DNA of 63,947 nucleotides, the filler included, from Sandaracinaceae bacterium (lineage in GTDB: Bacteria; Myxococcota_A; Polyangia; Polyangiales; JADJQN01): NCBI GenBank assembly GCA_947483975.1. It is 3 parts of 3 records of this genome, joined end to end, with 100 filler letters (N's around TTAATTAATTAA, not from the genome) between each part and the next. Parts side by side here need not be neighbours in the genome. Positions count along the whole stretch, not along the records: positions 24,435 to 48,608 come from CANKOL010000036.1; positions 48,709 to 63,947 come from CANKOL010000094.1; 1 more part is not named here. One strand, given 5' to 3'. The position numbers and the translations under genes are program-made. Positions 46,313-55,962 of the stretch are shown one piece after another (within the stretch, counting starts at the first letter, position 1; each line of letters begins with the position of its first letter). The notes below the pieces were generated by a model. It was not told the DNA's origin. It saw only the letters and a list, made by a program, of their open reading frames with translations, and did no database searches.

Positions 46313-47500
46313 GTGATCGACCGGCTCGGGGAGATTCAGCTGGAGCTGCGCGCGCGAGGTCTCGCGGGCTGGCTGCTCTGCGACTTTCGTGGGCAGAACC
46401 CGATCGCCGCGCGCGCGCTCGGCGTGAGCCAAGTGCCGCTGACGCGCCGCTGGTTCTACTACGTCGCCGCCGACGCGATGCCGGTGCTGCTCGCGCACGC
46501 GACGGAGCTGGACGCCTTCACGGAGGCGCCCGGCGACCACGTGCGCTTCACGAGCTGGACCTCGCTGCGCGCGGCGCTCGAGCGCCTGGTGCCGGTCGGC
46601 GGGAAGGTCGCGATGGAGTTCTGCGCGATGGGGAGCAATCCGTATCTCTCTCGCGTGGACGCGGGGACGGTCGACCTCGTGCGGAGCTATGGCGCGGAGG
46701 TCGTCAGCTCCGGCGATCTCGTGCAGCACTTCCTCTGTCGGTGGGAGCCCGAGCAGCTCGCGGCGCACCGGCGCGCGGCGACGGCGCTCGGCGAGCTCTG
46801 CGCGGAGACGGTCGCCTCGCTCGGGGCGCGGCTGCGCGCGGGCGAGCGCGTGCACGAGCACGAGCTGCAGGAGCAGCTGATGCGCGGGCTCGAGGCGCGC
46901 GGGCTCGTCACGGAGGGGCGGCCGATCGTCGCGGCGGGGCCGCACACCGCGAGCCCGCACTACGTGCCGACGAGCGCGACGAGCGCGTTCCTCGAGCGGG
47001 GCGAGGTGGTGCTGCTCGAGCTCTGGGCGCGCGAGCCCGCTCTCGACGCGCCCTTCGCAGAGATGGCCTGGGTCGCGGTCGTCGAGGAGCGCGTACCGCC
47101 GCGCCTCGCCGCCGTGTTCGCGGTCGTCGTCGAGGCGCGCGACCGCGCGATCGAGCTGATCCGCTCGCGCCGCGCCGCGAGCAAGCGGGTGCTCGGCTTC
47201 GAGGTCGATCGCGCCGCGCGGGAGGTCGTCGCGCGGCACGGGCACTCCGGGCGCTTTCCGCACCGCACCGGGCATCACCTCTCGACGGTGGTCAACTCGG
47301 GCGACGCCGCGACGCTCGATGACCTCGAGATCCACGACACCCGCGAGCTCGTCCCGGGGCTCGCTTGGTCCGTGCATCCGGGCCTCTACTTCGAGGAGTA
47401 CGGCGTGCGCACCGCCGTCGACATCTACCTCGACGAGTCCGGCTTGCTCGTCACGACGCCGCTGCAGCGCGAGGTCACCGCGCTGCTCGCGCCCGCCTGA
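46313..47500 (+). CDS. M24 family (Xaa-Pro aminopeptidase-like) protein with altered metal ligands
   Basis: GWLLCDFRGQNP, TRRWFY, SRVDAGT, SPHY, HRTGH, HDTREL; ligand positions read E, E, H, H, A. Confidence 0.85.
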   Translation: MIDRLGEIQLELRARGLAGWLLCDFRGQNPIAARALGVSQVPLTRRWFYYVAADAMPVLLAHATELDAFTEAPGDHVRFTSWTSLRAALERLVPVGGKVAMEFCAMGSNPYLSRVDAGTVDLVRSYGAEVVSSGDLVQHFLCRWEPEQLAAHRRAATALGELCAETVASLGARLRAGERVHEHELQEQLMRGLEARGLVTEGRPIVAAGPHTASPHYVPTSATSAFLERGEVVLLELWAREPALDAPFAEMAWVAVVEERVPPRLAAVFAVVVEARDRAIELIRSRRAASKRVLGFEVDRAAREVVARHGHSGRFPHRTGHHLSTVVNSGDAATLDDLEIHDTRELVPGLAWSVHPGLYFEEYGVRTAVDIYLDESGLLVTTPLQREVTALLAPA

Positions 47501-47688
47501 GCGCGTCGAGCGCCGACGGGAGCGGCGGGCGTCGAGTGGGCGCCGCCTCCCCCGGGCCGAGCGCTCGCCTCCATGAGACTCCCGTGTGAATATGCGACCG
47601 CGGCGCGCCGTATCATTGCCGCTCGAGGCGCACGTTCGCCGTACACGACGGCTGGCTCGCCAGACCGCACGAAGAAGAGGAAAGCAAG

Positions 47689-48608
47689 ATGCGCAAAGCT
47701 CTGTTCGCGGCCGTGATCCTGGCCATCGCAGCCACCGGCTGCACCATCGAATACGCCGAACAAGGGCGGGGCACGATGTACTACGCGGACGCCTACGCGG
47801 CCCCGCAGGAGGTCGTCGTCACCAGCGCTCCGCCTCCTCCGCAGGTGACCGTCACCGCGCGCCCCGGCAAGCCCGACCCGAACGCGGTCTGGCTCGAGGG
47901 ACACTGGGCTTGGCAGGGCCGCTGGGTCTGGCTCGATGGCCACTGGGAGACGCCGCGCGTCGGCTATGCCTGGACCGCGCCGGTCGTCGTCACCGAGGGC
48001 GGTGGCTATCGATATCACGCGGGCTATTGGCGCCCGGCCGCGCAAGAGCCGCCGCCCGTCTACCGCGGCGGCGTGACGGTCGTCGGTGGCTACCAGGGTG
48101 ACGGCGATCACGGTGGGTATCACGGTGGCGGCTATCCGGGCGGCGGCACGGTGCAGGTGAACCCTGCGCAGCCGCAGCCGGGCACGACGACGGTGTACGT
48201 GCAGCCGCAGCAGCCGCAGCCGCGCCCCGGCACGACGACGGTGGTCGTGCAGCCCGCGCAGCCGCAGCCGCGCCCGGGGACGACGACGGTGGTCGTGCAG
48301 CCCGCGCAGCCGCAGCCGCGCCCGGGGACGACGACGGTGGTCGTGCAGCCGCAGCCGCAGCCGCAGCCGCCTCCTCCCTTCGAGAACCCGCACGGCGGCG
48401 TGAACGTCAACGTCAACGTGCGCCCCGGCGTCGTGCAGGCGGGCGTCGTCAATCCGGTGCAGCCGGTGCAGCCGGGCACGCAGATCGGCGTCGGCGTGCG
48501 TCCCGGCGTCGTGCAGGCGGGCGTCGTCAATCCGGTGCAGCCGGTGCGCCCGGGCACGCAGATCGGCGTCGGCGTTCGTCCCGGCGTCGTGCAGGCGGGC
48601 GTCGTCAA
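47689..48608 (+). CDS. Lipoprotein with WxxGxW repeats and Pro/Gln/Val-rich tandem repeats, truncated at contig end
   Basis: Lipobox ATGC; VWLEGHWAW, WLDGHW, YHAGYW; QPAQPQPRPGTTTVVV and VRPGVVQAGVVNPVQPV repeats. Confidence 0.85.
48150..48608. repeat. Coding tandem repeats (about 48-bp and 78-bp units)
   Basis: 16-aa unit about 4 times; 26-aa unit starting at 48421, 48499 and 48577; the contig ends inside the array. Confidence 0.85.
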
Positions 48609-48708
48609 NNNNNNNNNNNNNNNNNNNNNNNNNNNNNNNNNNNNNNNNNNNNTTAATTAATTAANNNNNNNNNNNNNNNNNNNNNNNNNNNNNNNNNNNN
48701 NNNNNNNN
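48609..48708. other. Artificial contig linker
   Basis: N44-TTAATTAATTAA-N44. Confidence 0.98.
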
Positions 48709-48854
48709 CCGTCCGCTACCCGGAGGCTGCGTAATGCTGTGTCCCGAGAGACCATCGGTAAGCCGTGTGCGGGAAATCCGCACGCACGGTTTGAAAGGGG
48801 GTCCTGCCCTTTCACTGATGAACTTCATCAAATGAAAGAGCAGGATCTACCAAT
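48709..48854 (+). mobile_element. 3' end of a group II intron (probable IEP C-terminus, domain V, domain VI)
   Basis: ORF tail VRYPEAA* (48711-48734); DV AAGCCGTGTGCGGGAAATCCGCACGCACGGTTT (48760-48792) with AGC triad and GAAA loop; DVI hairpin with bulged A near 48849; terminal AAT. Confidence 0.9.
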
Positions 48855-49821
48855 GAAGCAGTCCCGCGAGAGCTACGCGTCGTTCCTGGTGCTCGTGCTG
48901 TGTGTCGCGGGCTGCGCCTCGTCGTCGGGCATCAAGCCGCGCGACGGCGGGCGCCCGCTCGACGCCTCGGACGCGGCTGCGCCCGACGCCGGGCCGATCG
49001 AGGCGGTGTGCGGCGACTTGCTCTGCACGGACCCCGTCGAGGACTGCATGACGTGCCCTCTCGACTGCGCTGAGTGTCCCGTTTGCGACATGGCCCCAAC
49101 CTGCACGGGCGCGCTCGCCGTCCCGACGTCGAGTACGGCGCTCGACGTCTGCAACAACAACGATGGCAGCAGCGACCGCACCAACTACTCCTGCGGCACG
49201 GACCTCGGCGTCGCCCCGAGCGAGACGACCTGCGCGGACCCGCAGTTGCGTATTCGGGTCAAGCAGATCTCGATTCGCCGGGGCTTCTTCGACATCGAGC
49301 GCAACCTCTACTGCGTGATCAGCGCCGAGGACGGGCGGCACTCGGAGCTTCTCCTGACGACGCCGCGCGCCGTCGCGGGCAACCAGCGCACGACGACCAT
49401 CAACCTGCGCCCGAGCGAGAGCGAACTCTGGGGGCAGGGGGACCTCTATCGCAGCATCTCCAACATCACGATCACCTATGCGTGCTTCCTGACGTCGGAC
49501 ACCGCCGCCGCGCAGAGCGTGCTCAACGACATCTCGGACCGCGCCGCGATGGTGGCGGAGCACGCTGACGGATATGGATGGGTGTTCGGCACGGCCTCGG
49601 TACTCGGCACCATCATCGGCAGCTCGATCGGCACGATCGGCGACACTCAGATCCTCGACGTGCAGCAGACGATCGCGGCGGGCGCGCTCCTGCCGATGAC
49701 CAACGCGCGGAGCTGGGATATCCACAGTCAGGTCGGCAACATCGACCTCTCGGGCGCGTCGGACCTGCACCTCACGCTGGAAAGCTGGGGCTGCGCTGAC
49801 GTCCGGATGACGCTGCACTGA
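48853..49821 (+). CDS. Cys-rich lipoprotein, unknown function
   Basis: Start MKQSRES (ATG 48853), lipobox VAGC, DAG stalk, CGD..C..EDC.TCP.DC. The upstream ORF extension is just the translated intron DV. Confidence 0.8.
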   Translation: MKQSRESYASFLVLVLCVAGCASSSGIKPRDGGRPLDASDAAAPDAGPIEAVCGDLLCTDPVEDCMTCPLDCAECPVCDMAPTCTGALAVPTSSTALDVCNNNDGSSDRTNYSCGTDLGVAPSETTCADPQLRIRVKQISIRRGFFDIERNLYCVISAEDGRHSELLLTTPRAVAGNQRTTTINLRPSESELWGQGDLYRSISNITITYACFLTSDTAAAQSVLNDISDRAAMVAEHADGYGWVFGTASVLGTIIGSSIGTIGDTQILDVQQTIAAGALLPMTNARSWDIHSQVGNIDLSGASDLHLTLESWGCADVRMTLH

Positions 49822-49929
49822 GGGAAGCGCGGCAGTCGTCGTCGGGGCCCGCGCAGCTTCGGGGCGCTCGTACGCAGTAAGTCCCCGCGATCGGCGCGAC
49901 TACCGATATGCTGGCCGGCTGGGGCCCGC

Positions 49930-51360
49930 ATGAACACGTACCGTCGCATCGTCATCGCATCGTCTTTGTTCTTCGTCGCGAACTTCGCAGCGTGCAGCTG
50001 CAGCGCGGCGCCCGGCACGCGCGGGGACGGCGGTGGCCTCGGCTCCGACCTCGGCGCCCTCGTCGACGGCGCGCCGCGGACGGATCTCGGCGGAGGGGAG
50101 GCCGACGCGAACGTCGACGCACACATCGATCGCGCGGCATTTTGCATGGGGATGGGGCCGCCTGTGACCGTCGGGGATGACACCCTCGGGACGGTGACCT
50201 GCGCGGGCGCCATCGCGACTCGCGTGTTCAACAACTCTGTGTGTTCGTGCGAGGACACCGGCGTGATCGGCTATCTGCGCACGCGCTCGTTCGACTCGGG
50301 GATGGGTACGAGCGACACCGGCGCTGGCGCGCCCGTGGGCGTCGACCGGCAGTACACGACCGGCGGTTACGCCGACGTCGGCGGCAGTTTCACCGTCTCG
50401 GGGGCGACCGGAGTCGGGTTCGCGGGTTATCTCAAGGTCGGCGGCGACGCGCGCTTCGCGGGGGACGTGAACGCCGCCGGCTACATCGACATCGCGCGCG
50501 ACTTCTGGGTGCTCGGCAACGTGACGAACCTCGGTCTCTTGCAGGTCGCTCGAGACCTCCATCAGCCCGCCGGGCGCACGCTCGCGACCTTCCCGCTGAT
50601 CGGCGGCACGACCGACCGCGGGGCGTTCGCGGTCCCGCCCCCGTGCGACTGCACGCCGGAGCACATCGTCGACATCGACGCGATCGTCGCCGCCGGCGCG
50701 TTGCACAACGACAACGCGGACGTCGGGCTATCGACCTCGCTGCTCAGCAACGTCATCGGCATCGGCGTCGACATCACGCTGCCCTGCGGTCGCTATTACG
50801 TGGACAGCATCGGTGGGCTCGGGTCGATCACGCTGCACGTCCCCGGGCGCACGGCGCTCTTCGTCGGTGGGGACGTGAACGCCCTCGGCGTGTTCGACAT
50901 CGACCTCGGTACGTCGGGCGAGATCGACATCTTCGTCGCGGGGGGGCTGCTCTCGATCGGGGCGGGCTCGTATGGCGACCGCGCCCGACCCGCGCGCACG
51001 CGCATCTACGTCGGGGGCTCGGGCGACGTCACGGTCGTCGGCGCCTCGGGCTTCGTCGGCAACGTCTACGCGCCACACGCGCGCATCACCGCCCTCGGCG
51101 CGACGACGGTGTATGGCTCGCTCTTCGGCCGGCAGATCGACATGCCCGGCTATCTCGACGTGCACTACGACCGCGCGATCCTCGATGTCGGCGCGGACTG
51201 CCCGCCTCCGGACGGCGGCTGTGGGATGTGCGGGGGCGTCGGCTGCGCCGATCGCACCGCGTGCATCGCCGGCGTCTGCACGGCGTGCACCTCCGACGCC
51301 GACTGCTGCGCGCCGCTCGTCTGCTATCCGGACGGCACCTGCGGCTCGCTGATCCTCTGA
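49930..51360 (+). CDS. Lipoprotein with Gly-rich beta-helix-like repeats and Cys-rich C-terminus
   Basis: FAACSC lipobox; VGG/GDV repeats; LPCGRYY, GNVYAP.A; C..DADCCAPLVC. Confidence 0.8.
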   Translation: MNTYRRIVIASSLFFVANFAACSCSAAPGTRGDGGGLGSDLGALVDGAPRTDLGGGEADANVDAHIDRAAFCMGMGPPVTVGDDTLGTVTCAGAIATRVFNNSVCSCEDTGVIGYLRTRSFDSGMGTSDTGAGAPVGVDRQYTTGGYADVGGSFTVSGATGVGFAGYLKVGGDARFAGDVNAAGYIDIARDFWVLGNVTNLGLLQVARDLHQPAGRTLATFPLIGGTTDRGAFAVPPPCDCTPEHIVDIDAIVAAGALHNDNADVGLSTSLLSNVIGIGVDITLPCGRYYVDSIGGLGSITLHVPGRTALFVGGDVNALGVFDIDLGTSGEIDIFVAGGLLSIGAGSYGDRARPARTRIYVGGSGDVTVVGASGFVGNVYAPHARITALGATTVYGSLFGRQIDMPGYLDVHYDRAILDVGADCPPPDGGCGMCGGVGCADRTACIAGVCTACTSDADCCAPLVCYPDGTCGSLIL

Positions 51361-51376
51361 GCGCCCGCCGCTCGCC

Positions 51377-52474
51377 TCACGCGATCAGCTGATGGAGCAC
51401 CGCCTCCCACACGCTGGTCGCAGCCGTCAGCTCCACGACGAACACGGCCTCGGCCATCGCGCGGTCGTCGCGCACTCCCACGCCGCGTAGGCGTTTGGCG
51501 ACGCCGCGGGCGAGCGCCACGCGGGTCGAGATATCCGCGCGCCCCTGCGCGAAGGTCGCGCCGTACGCACACCAGTCCATGCGCCAGAGTTGGTCCTCGA
51601 CGTAGTCGCGCAGCACGGCGTCGCCGCTGCCAGGCGTTTGCGCGCGCTGCTCCGCGCGATCGAACCACTTCGCCCAGCGGCGCGTGCGCAGCGGGAAGCG
51701 GGCGCGCGTCTTCTCGCCCGCGAGCGCGAGCAGCACTTCGCCCGAGAACACGAGCGCCTCTCCGCACGCGGTGCCGTCGACGTAGGAGCGCAGCAGGTGC
51801 GCGAGGTCGGTCCAGGTGCTCGTGCGGAGCGGTCCGAGCGGCGCCGAACCGAGCACCGTCTCGGGGCGCTCGCCCTGCGCGAGTCGCGCGAGGAGGGCGT
51901 CCTCTTGCACGCGGTACGCGGCCCAGGCGATGCGGCTACGCGTCGTCATGCGGACGCGCGGGCCGATGCGCGCGTCGGCGTCCACGCGCGTCTTGCCCGC
52001 GGTCAGCGCGCGCTCTGCGTCGGCGAGATCGAGCGGCGGTCGGTCGCCGAGCGTGCGGCACGGGCAGCGATGCTCCGTCGTCACGCGCCCGCCGTCGGGC
52101 GTCGCGACGAGCCCGTACGGGAATCGCCGACACGCGTCGGGCTTGGCCTCGGGGCCATGGTCCGCGTGGATGGAGCAGCCCGCGCCGCCGCGCAGAAACA
52201 CGCAGCCACCGTCGGGCGTCGAGGCGAGGACGCGCGCGTCGAGCGTCGGCAAATACACCGTGGCGTCGTCCCGAAAACGCTCGACTTGCCTGCGCTCCTT
52301 GGGCGTCACCGGGCCGAGCGCGTGAGCGTCCGTGCAGCAGAGACCGTCGCCCGCGCAGGTGAAGCGAGCACCCGGGCGCGCGAGCAGCGGCCGCACCTTG
52401 GGCCCGGAGGGCTTGGCGACGCGCCTGGATTTTGCGGGCTTCGAGGGGAGGCGGGAGACGCGCGGCGTGACCAT
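51377..52474 (-). CDS. YkgJ/FliB-like cysteine-cluster protein
   Basis: FTCAGDGLCC..GCVFL..CSIH..KPDACRRFPY..CPC. Confidence 0.8.
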   Translation of the reverse strand: MVTPRVSRLPSKPAKSRRVAKPSGPKVRPLLARPGARFTCAGDGLCCTDAHALGPVTPKERRQVERFRDDATVYLPTLDARVLASTPDGGCVFLRGGAGCSIHADHGPEAKPDACRRFPYGLVATPDGGRVTTEHRCPCRTLGDRPPLDLADAERALTAGKTRVDADARIGPRVRMTTRSRIAWAAYRVQEDALLARLAQGERPETVLGSAPLGPLRTSTWTDLAHLLRSYVDGTACGEALVFSGEVLLALAGEKTRARFPLRTRRWAKWFDRAEQRAQTPGSGDAVLRDYVEDQLWRMDWCAYGATFAQGRADISTRVALARGVAKRLRGVGVRDDRAMAEAVFVVELTAATSVWEAVLHQLIA

Positions 52475-52592
52475 GACTGCGCCCCATACGCGAAGCGTGC
52501 GCTCGCTGGCAACCCGCTCGCGGCCTCGCGCGCGGCTCTGGCAGCGGCGCCGGGGAAGCGGTAGCCTGGCGACGCGCTCGTCGCGCGCCCCA

Positions 52593-53999
52593 ATGAGCCT
52601 CTTCGTCCGACTCGTCCGCGCGCTCTGGATCTTCTCGCTCATCTTCACGAGCTACCTGGTGCAGATGGGGATCGTTCGCGCTCTGCGTCGCTTCGAGCGA
52701 GACGCCGAGGGGCGCGAGCGAATGCGCCTGCCGCGCTGGGTCAAGAACCGCAAGAAGACGATCGACCAGCGGAACGCGCGGCGGCTCCTGCGCGGGATGC
52801 TCAGCCTGCGCGGCGTGTACATCAAGCTCGGGCAGGTGCTCTCGGTGATGGGCGGCTTTCTCCCGCGCGCGTACGGCACCGAGCTCGAGCAGCTTCAAGA
52901 CGCGGTGCCGCCGCAGCCCTATCGCGTCATCGCCAAGACGTTCGAGCTCTCGCTCGGCAAGCGCCCCGAGGACGTCTACAAGGACTTCGACGAGACGCCG
53001 CTCGCCGCCGCTTCGCTCGGACAGGTGCACGTCGCGCACCTGCACGACGGCACGAAGGTCGCGGTCAAGGTGCTGTACCCCCGCATCCGCGAGGTGATCG
53101 CCGTCGACATGCGCGTCGTGCGCCTCGCGCTCCGCGTCTACAAGTGGTTCTTCCCGTTCGGTGGGCTCGAGCGCGTGCACGATGCGCTCGTCGACCTCTT
53201 GCGCCGCGAGACGGACTACCTGCACGAGGCGCAGTGCATGGAGCGCATGGCGGCGAACTCCGTCGATGATCCCGACCTGCTCTTCCCGGTCGTCGTCAAA
53301 GAGCTGACGACGAAGGACGTGCTGACCATGACTTTCATGGAAGGCATCAAGATCACGAAATTCGATGAATACGAGAAGCTCGGCATCGACCGCGAGGCGG
53401 TCGGCACGAAGCTCGTGCAGACCTTCTACAAGTCGCTCCTCGTCGACCACTTCTTTCACGCGGACCCGCACCCGGGGAATTTCCTCGTGCAGGCGGGCCC
53501 GACGCCCGATCAGCCGAAGCTCGTCATCCTCGACTTCGGCGCGATCAGCGAGGTGAGCGACGAGCTCGTCGCGGGCATGATCGACATCCTGCAGGGCTTC
53601 TTCACGGAGGACTCGAAGCTCGCCGTCGTGGGCTTTCGGCGCATGGGCTTCGTGGCGCCGGAGGGCAACCAAGAGCTGCTCGAGAAGACGGTCGTCACGT
53701 ACTTCTCGAAGCTGCTCAAGGTGCAGGCGCGCACCGCGGGCGCCTTGATGCGCGCGAAGCCGGGGGACCTCGAGAAGCTCGCTGATCCGCAGGTGGAGCG
53801 CGCGGAGCTTCGCGAGCTGATGAAGTCGTTCCACTACCCGGACGGCTGGTTCTACGCAGAGCGCGCGAGCGTGATGATGTTCTGGCTCTCGGGGCAGATC
53901 GCGCCCGATCTCGACACGCTGCAGGTCGGCTTCCCGTACATCGCGCCGCTGCTCTTGCAGCGACAGATGGCGCTCTCGGCCGCGAACGCCGCGCAGTAG
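52593..53999 (+). CDS. ABC1/AarF/UbiB family atypical kinase
   Basis: YIKLGQ, LQDAVPP, AAASLGQVH, VAVKV, E.DY..E, FFHADPHPGN, LDFG. Confidence 0.93.
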   Translation: MSLFVRLVRALWIFSLIFTSYLVQMGIVRALRRFERDAEGRERMRLPRWVKNRKKTIDQRNARRLLRGMLSLRGVYIKLGQVLSVMGGFLPRAYGTELEQLQDAVPPQPYRVIAKTFELSLGKRPEDVYKDFDETPLAAASLGQVHVAHLHDGTKVAVKVLYPRIREVIAVDMRVVRLALRVYKWFFPFGGLERVHDALVDLLRRETDYLHEAQCMERMAANSVDDPDLLFPVVVKELTTKDVLTMTFMEGIKITKFDEYEKLGIDREAVGTKLVQTFYKSLLVDHFFHADPHPGNFLVQAGPTPDQPKLVILDFGAISEVSDELVAGMIDILQGFFTEDSKLAVVGFRRMGFVAPEGNQELLEKTVVTYFSKLLKVQARTAGALMRAKPGDLEKLADPQVERAELRELMKSFHYPDGWFYAERASVMMFWLSGQIAPDLDTLQVGFPYIAPLLLQRQMALSAANAAQ

Positions 54000-54028
54000 C
54001 GCCGCGCGTTCTGGTACCGTCGGGACGC

Positions 54029-55942
54029 ATGACCGACGAGCCGACGCCCGAGAGCCCGCCGACGCCGGCGCCTGAGAGCGTGTCGTCGGACGCAGCAGTG
54101 AGCGTGTCGTCGGACGCAGCAGTGAGCGTGTCGTCGGACGCAGCAGTGAGCGTGTCGTCGGACGCAGCAGTGAGCGTGTCGTCGGACGCAGCCGTGAGCG
54201 TGTCCAACGCCATGCCCGAGGGGTCGCCTGCGCCGGTCTCCGCGAACACACGCCTGCTCGGGCTCGTCGTGCTGACGGTCCTCGCGCTCGCGATGCTCCT
54301 GCTGTGGAGGAGCGCCGCGGGGAAGCCCGACACGACGCGCTCGCGGGCGGCGTGCGCCCTGGCCCGCCCACACTTCGCGGCGTTTCAGCGCTGCCTGCTC
54401 GGTGCGCCGCTCACGCCGGGCGAGAAGCCAGGGGAGCGCTTGCGCAACGTCGTGCTCGCGAACGAGACGCTCGCGCCCGACGCGACCTGGCCGCGCCGCT
54501 GCGGGACCTACGCGCAGGAGGTCGTGCGGCTGCTCAACCCCGTGCGCGCCGAGGACCCGCGCGTCGATCGGGTGGTCTCAGGGCTGTGGAGCGCGCACAT
54601 CGCGCTCTCTCATGGGCGCGCGCCGACGGGTGTGGACGCCGTGTGGGAGGCGGCTGAGCGCATCTCCGTGGTGGGCGCACCGGCGTCGTCCGACGTGCCC
54701 GCCGCGCGCGCGCCGCTGCATCCGCTCTCGGGTGTCGAGGCGAGCGCCGCGCTGCTCGGTCCGCGGCGCGAGCGTGTGCTCGGAGTCGAGGCCTCGCGGC
54801 TGCTGTTCGCTGGGCCGACGCTGCGCTTCTGTCGCGTTCAGGGCGCGCGCGCCGTGTGCGCAGACGGCCCCGCGCTCGAGCGCTCCGTCGGCTACTCGCT
54901 CGTGCCGAGCGCTGTCGGGGGCACGCAGGCGCAGCCCGCTGACGTCGTGCTCGCGCGCGCGAGCGGCGCGCCGGCACGCCTCTTCGACGCCGCGTCGTGG
55001 GCGGTGCTCGGCGCGCGTGAGCGCGTGTACGCAGCGTACTCGCAGCGCGGCGGAGTCGTCGTCGCGCGCGAGGGCGAGCGCACGCCCGGGGGCGTCGCGC
55101 GGTCGATCGTCTTCGAGAGCTTGGTCGACGCCGGCGCTCCGCCCGTGGAGGTGCGCAATCCGCTCTCCCTCGTCATGCCGCCCGAGGTCGTCGCGGGCTT
55201 CGTGTACTACGGCCACGCTGATCTGCGCGAGCGTGCGCCGAGCGCTCCCGCACCGACGCCTCGCGGCGTCGAGCTCAGCGTCGCGTGGCTCCCCGCGGAC
55301 GCGACCTCGCCTCGCCCGCCGCCTGAGCGCGTGACGCGCCCGGCGCTCCCGGTGCAGACCCTCGCCTGCGCGAGCGACACGGGGCGCGCGTTCGCGTTCC
55401 TCGATCCCGCCGCCGAGGACCCCGACGGCCAAGCGCCGCGCGCGCTCGAGGTGCGCTTCTACGATGCGCAGGGCGCGAGCCGCGCGGTCGTCCACGGCGA
55501 GCTCGCCGGCACGGGCGCCGCCATGGAGTGCCTCGGCGACGCGGTCTGGCTGCTCGCCCGCAAGCAGGTCGCGGCCGACGCGCACCGCGCCGTACGCCTC
55601 GGGGGCGCGCGCTGCACGCCTGCGGGTTGCGTGACGATGACCGCGACGCTGGCCCGCATGAACGACGTGCCGGACGCCGTCACCATGAGCGATGGGCGCG
55701 TGCTCGTCGTCTATCGCACCGCGGCGGCGGGCGGGCTCCGCGCTCGGATCGCGGCGCTCTCCGATCTCGCGGGCGCGCGCGAGTTCGTGCTCTCCGACGA
55801 GGCGGCGTACGGCGGCATCGAGACCTCGCGACGCTGGCTCGTGCGCGCAGACGACGCCGCACTGCTCGTGCTCGAGACGCGCGCTGGCATCGTCGCTTTG
55901 CGCATCGGCGCCGACGGTACGGCGACGCTCGTGCGCCCCTGA
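54029..55942 (+). CDS. Hypothetical membrane-anchored protein with N-terminal SVSSDAAV repeats
   Basis: 637-aa high-GC3 ORF; one TM helix after the repeat; Cys pairs. Confidence 0.7.
   Translation: MTDEPTPESPPTPAPESVSSDAAVSVSSDAAVSVSSDAAVSVSSDAAVSVSSDAAVSVSNAMPEGSPAPVSANTRLLGLVVLTVLALAMLLLWRSAAGKPDTTRSRAACALARPHFAAFQRCLLGAPLTPGEKPGERLRNVVLANETLAPDATWPRRCGTYAQEVVRLLNPVRAEDPRVDRVVSGLWSAHIALSHGRAPTGVDAVWEAAERISVVGAPASSDVPAARAPLHPLSGVEASAALLGPRRERVLGVEASRLLFAGPTLRFCRVQGARAVCADGPALERSVGYSLVPSAVGGTQAQPADVVLARASGAPARLFDAASWAVLGARERVYAAYSQRGGVVVAREGERTPGGVARSIVFESLVDAGAPPVEVRNPLSLVMPPEVVAGFVYYGHADLRERAPSAPAPTPRGVELSVAWLPADATSPRPPPERVTRPALPVQTLACASDTGRAFAFLDPAAEDPDGQAPRALEVRFYDAQGASRAVVHGELAGTGAAMECLGDAVWLLARKQVAADAHRAVRLGGARCTPAGCVTMTATLARMNDVPDAVTMSDGRVLVVYRTAAAGGLRARIAALSDLAGAREFVLSDEAAYGGIETSRRWLVRADDAALLVLETRAGIVALRIGADGTATLVRP
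54076..54205. repeat. 24-bp coding VNTR, about 5.4 copies
   Basis: gagcgtgtcgtcggacgcagcagt units at 54076, 54100, 54124, 54148 and 54172. Confidence 0.95.
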
Positions 55943-55962
55943 CGTTCGAGCGCTGAGCTGGC

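Noticed and set aside
43339..47322. Very long alternative-frame and antisense ORFs (1327 aa here; also 28367-30859, 51936-54371 and others)
   Set aside because: Shadow ORFs caused by high GC and strong codon bias; Arg/Ala-rich with no motifs, and they overlap well-supported genes.
48739..48852. N-terminal extension MSRETIGKPCAGNPHARFERG of the ORF-track protein
   Set aside because: This is the translation of intron domains V-VI; the signal peptide begins at ATG 48853.
54076..54205. Possible CRISPR array
   Set aside because: No spacers; it is an in-frame coding repeat.
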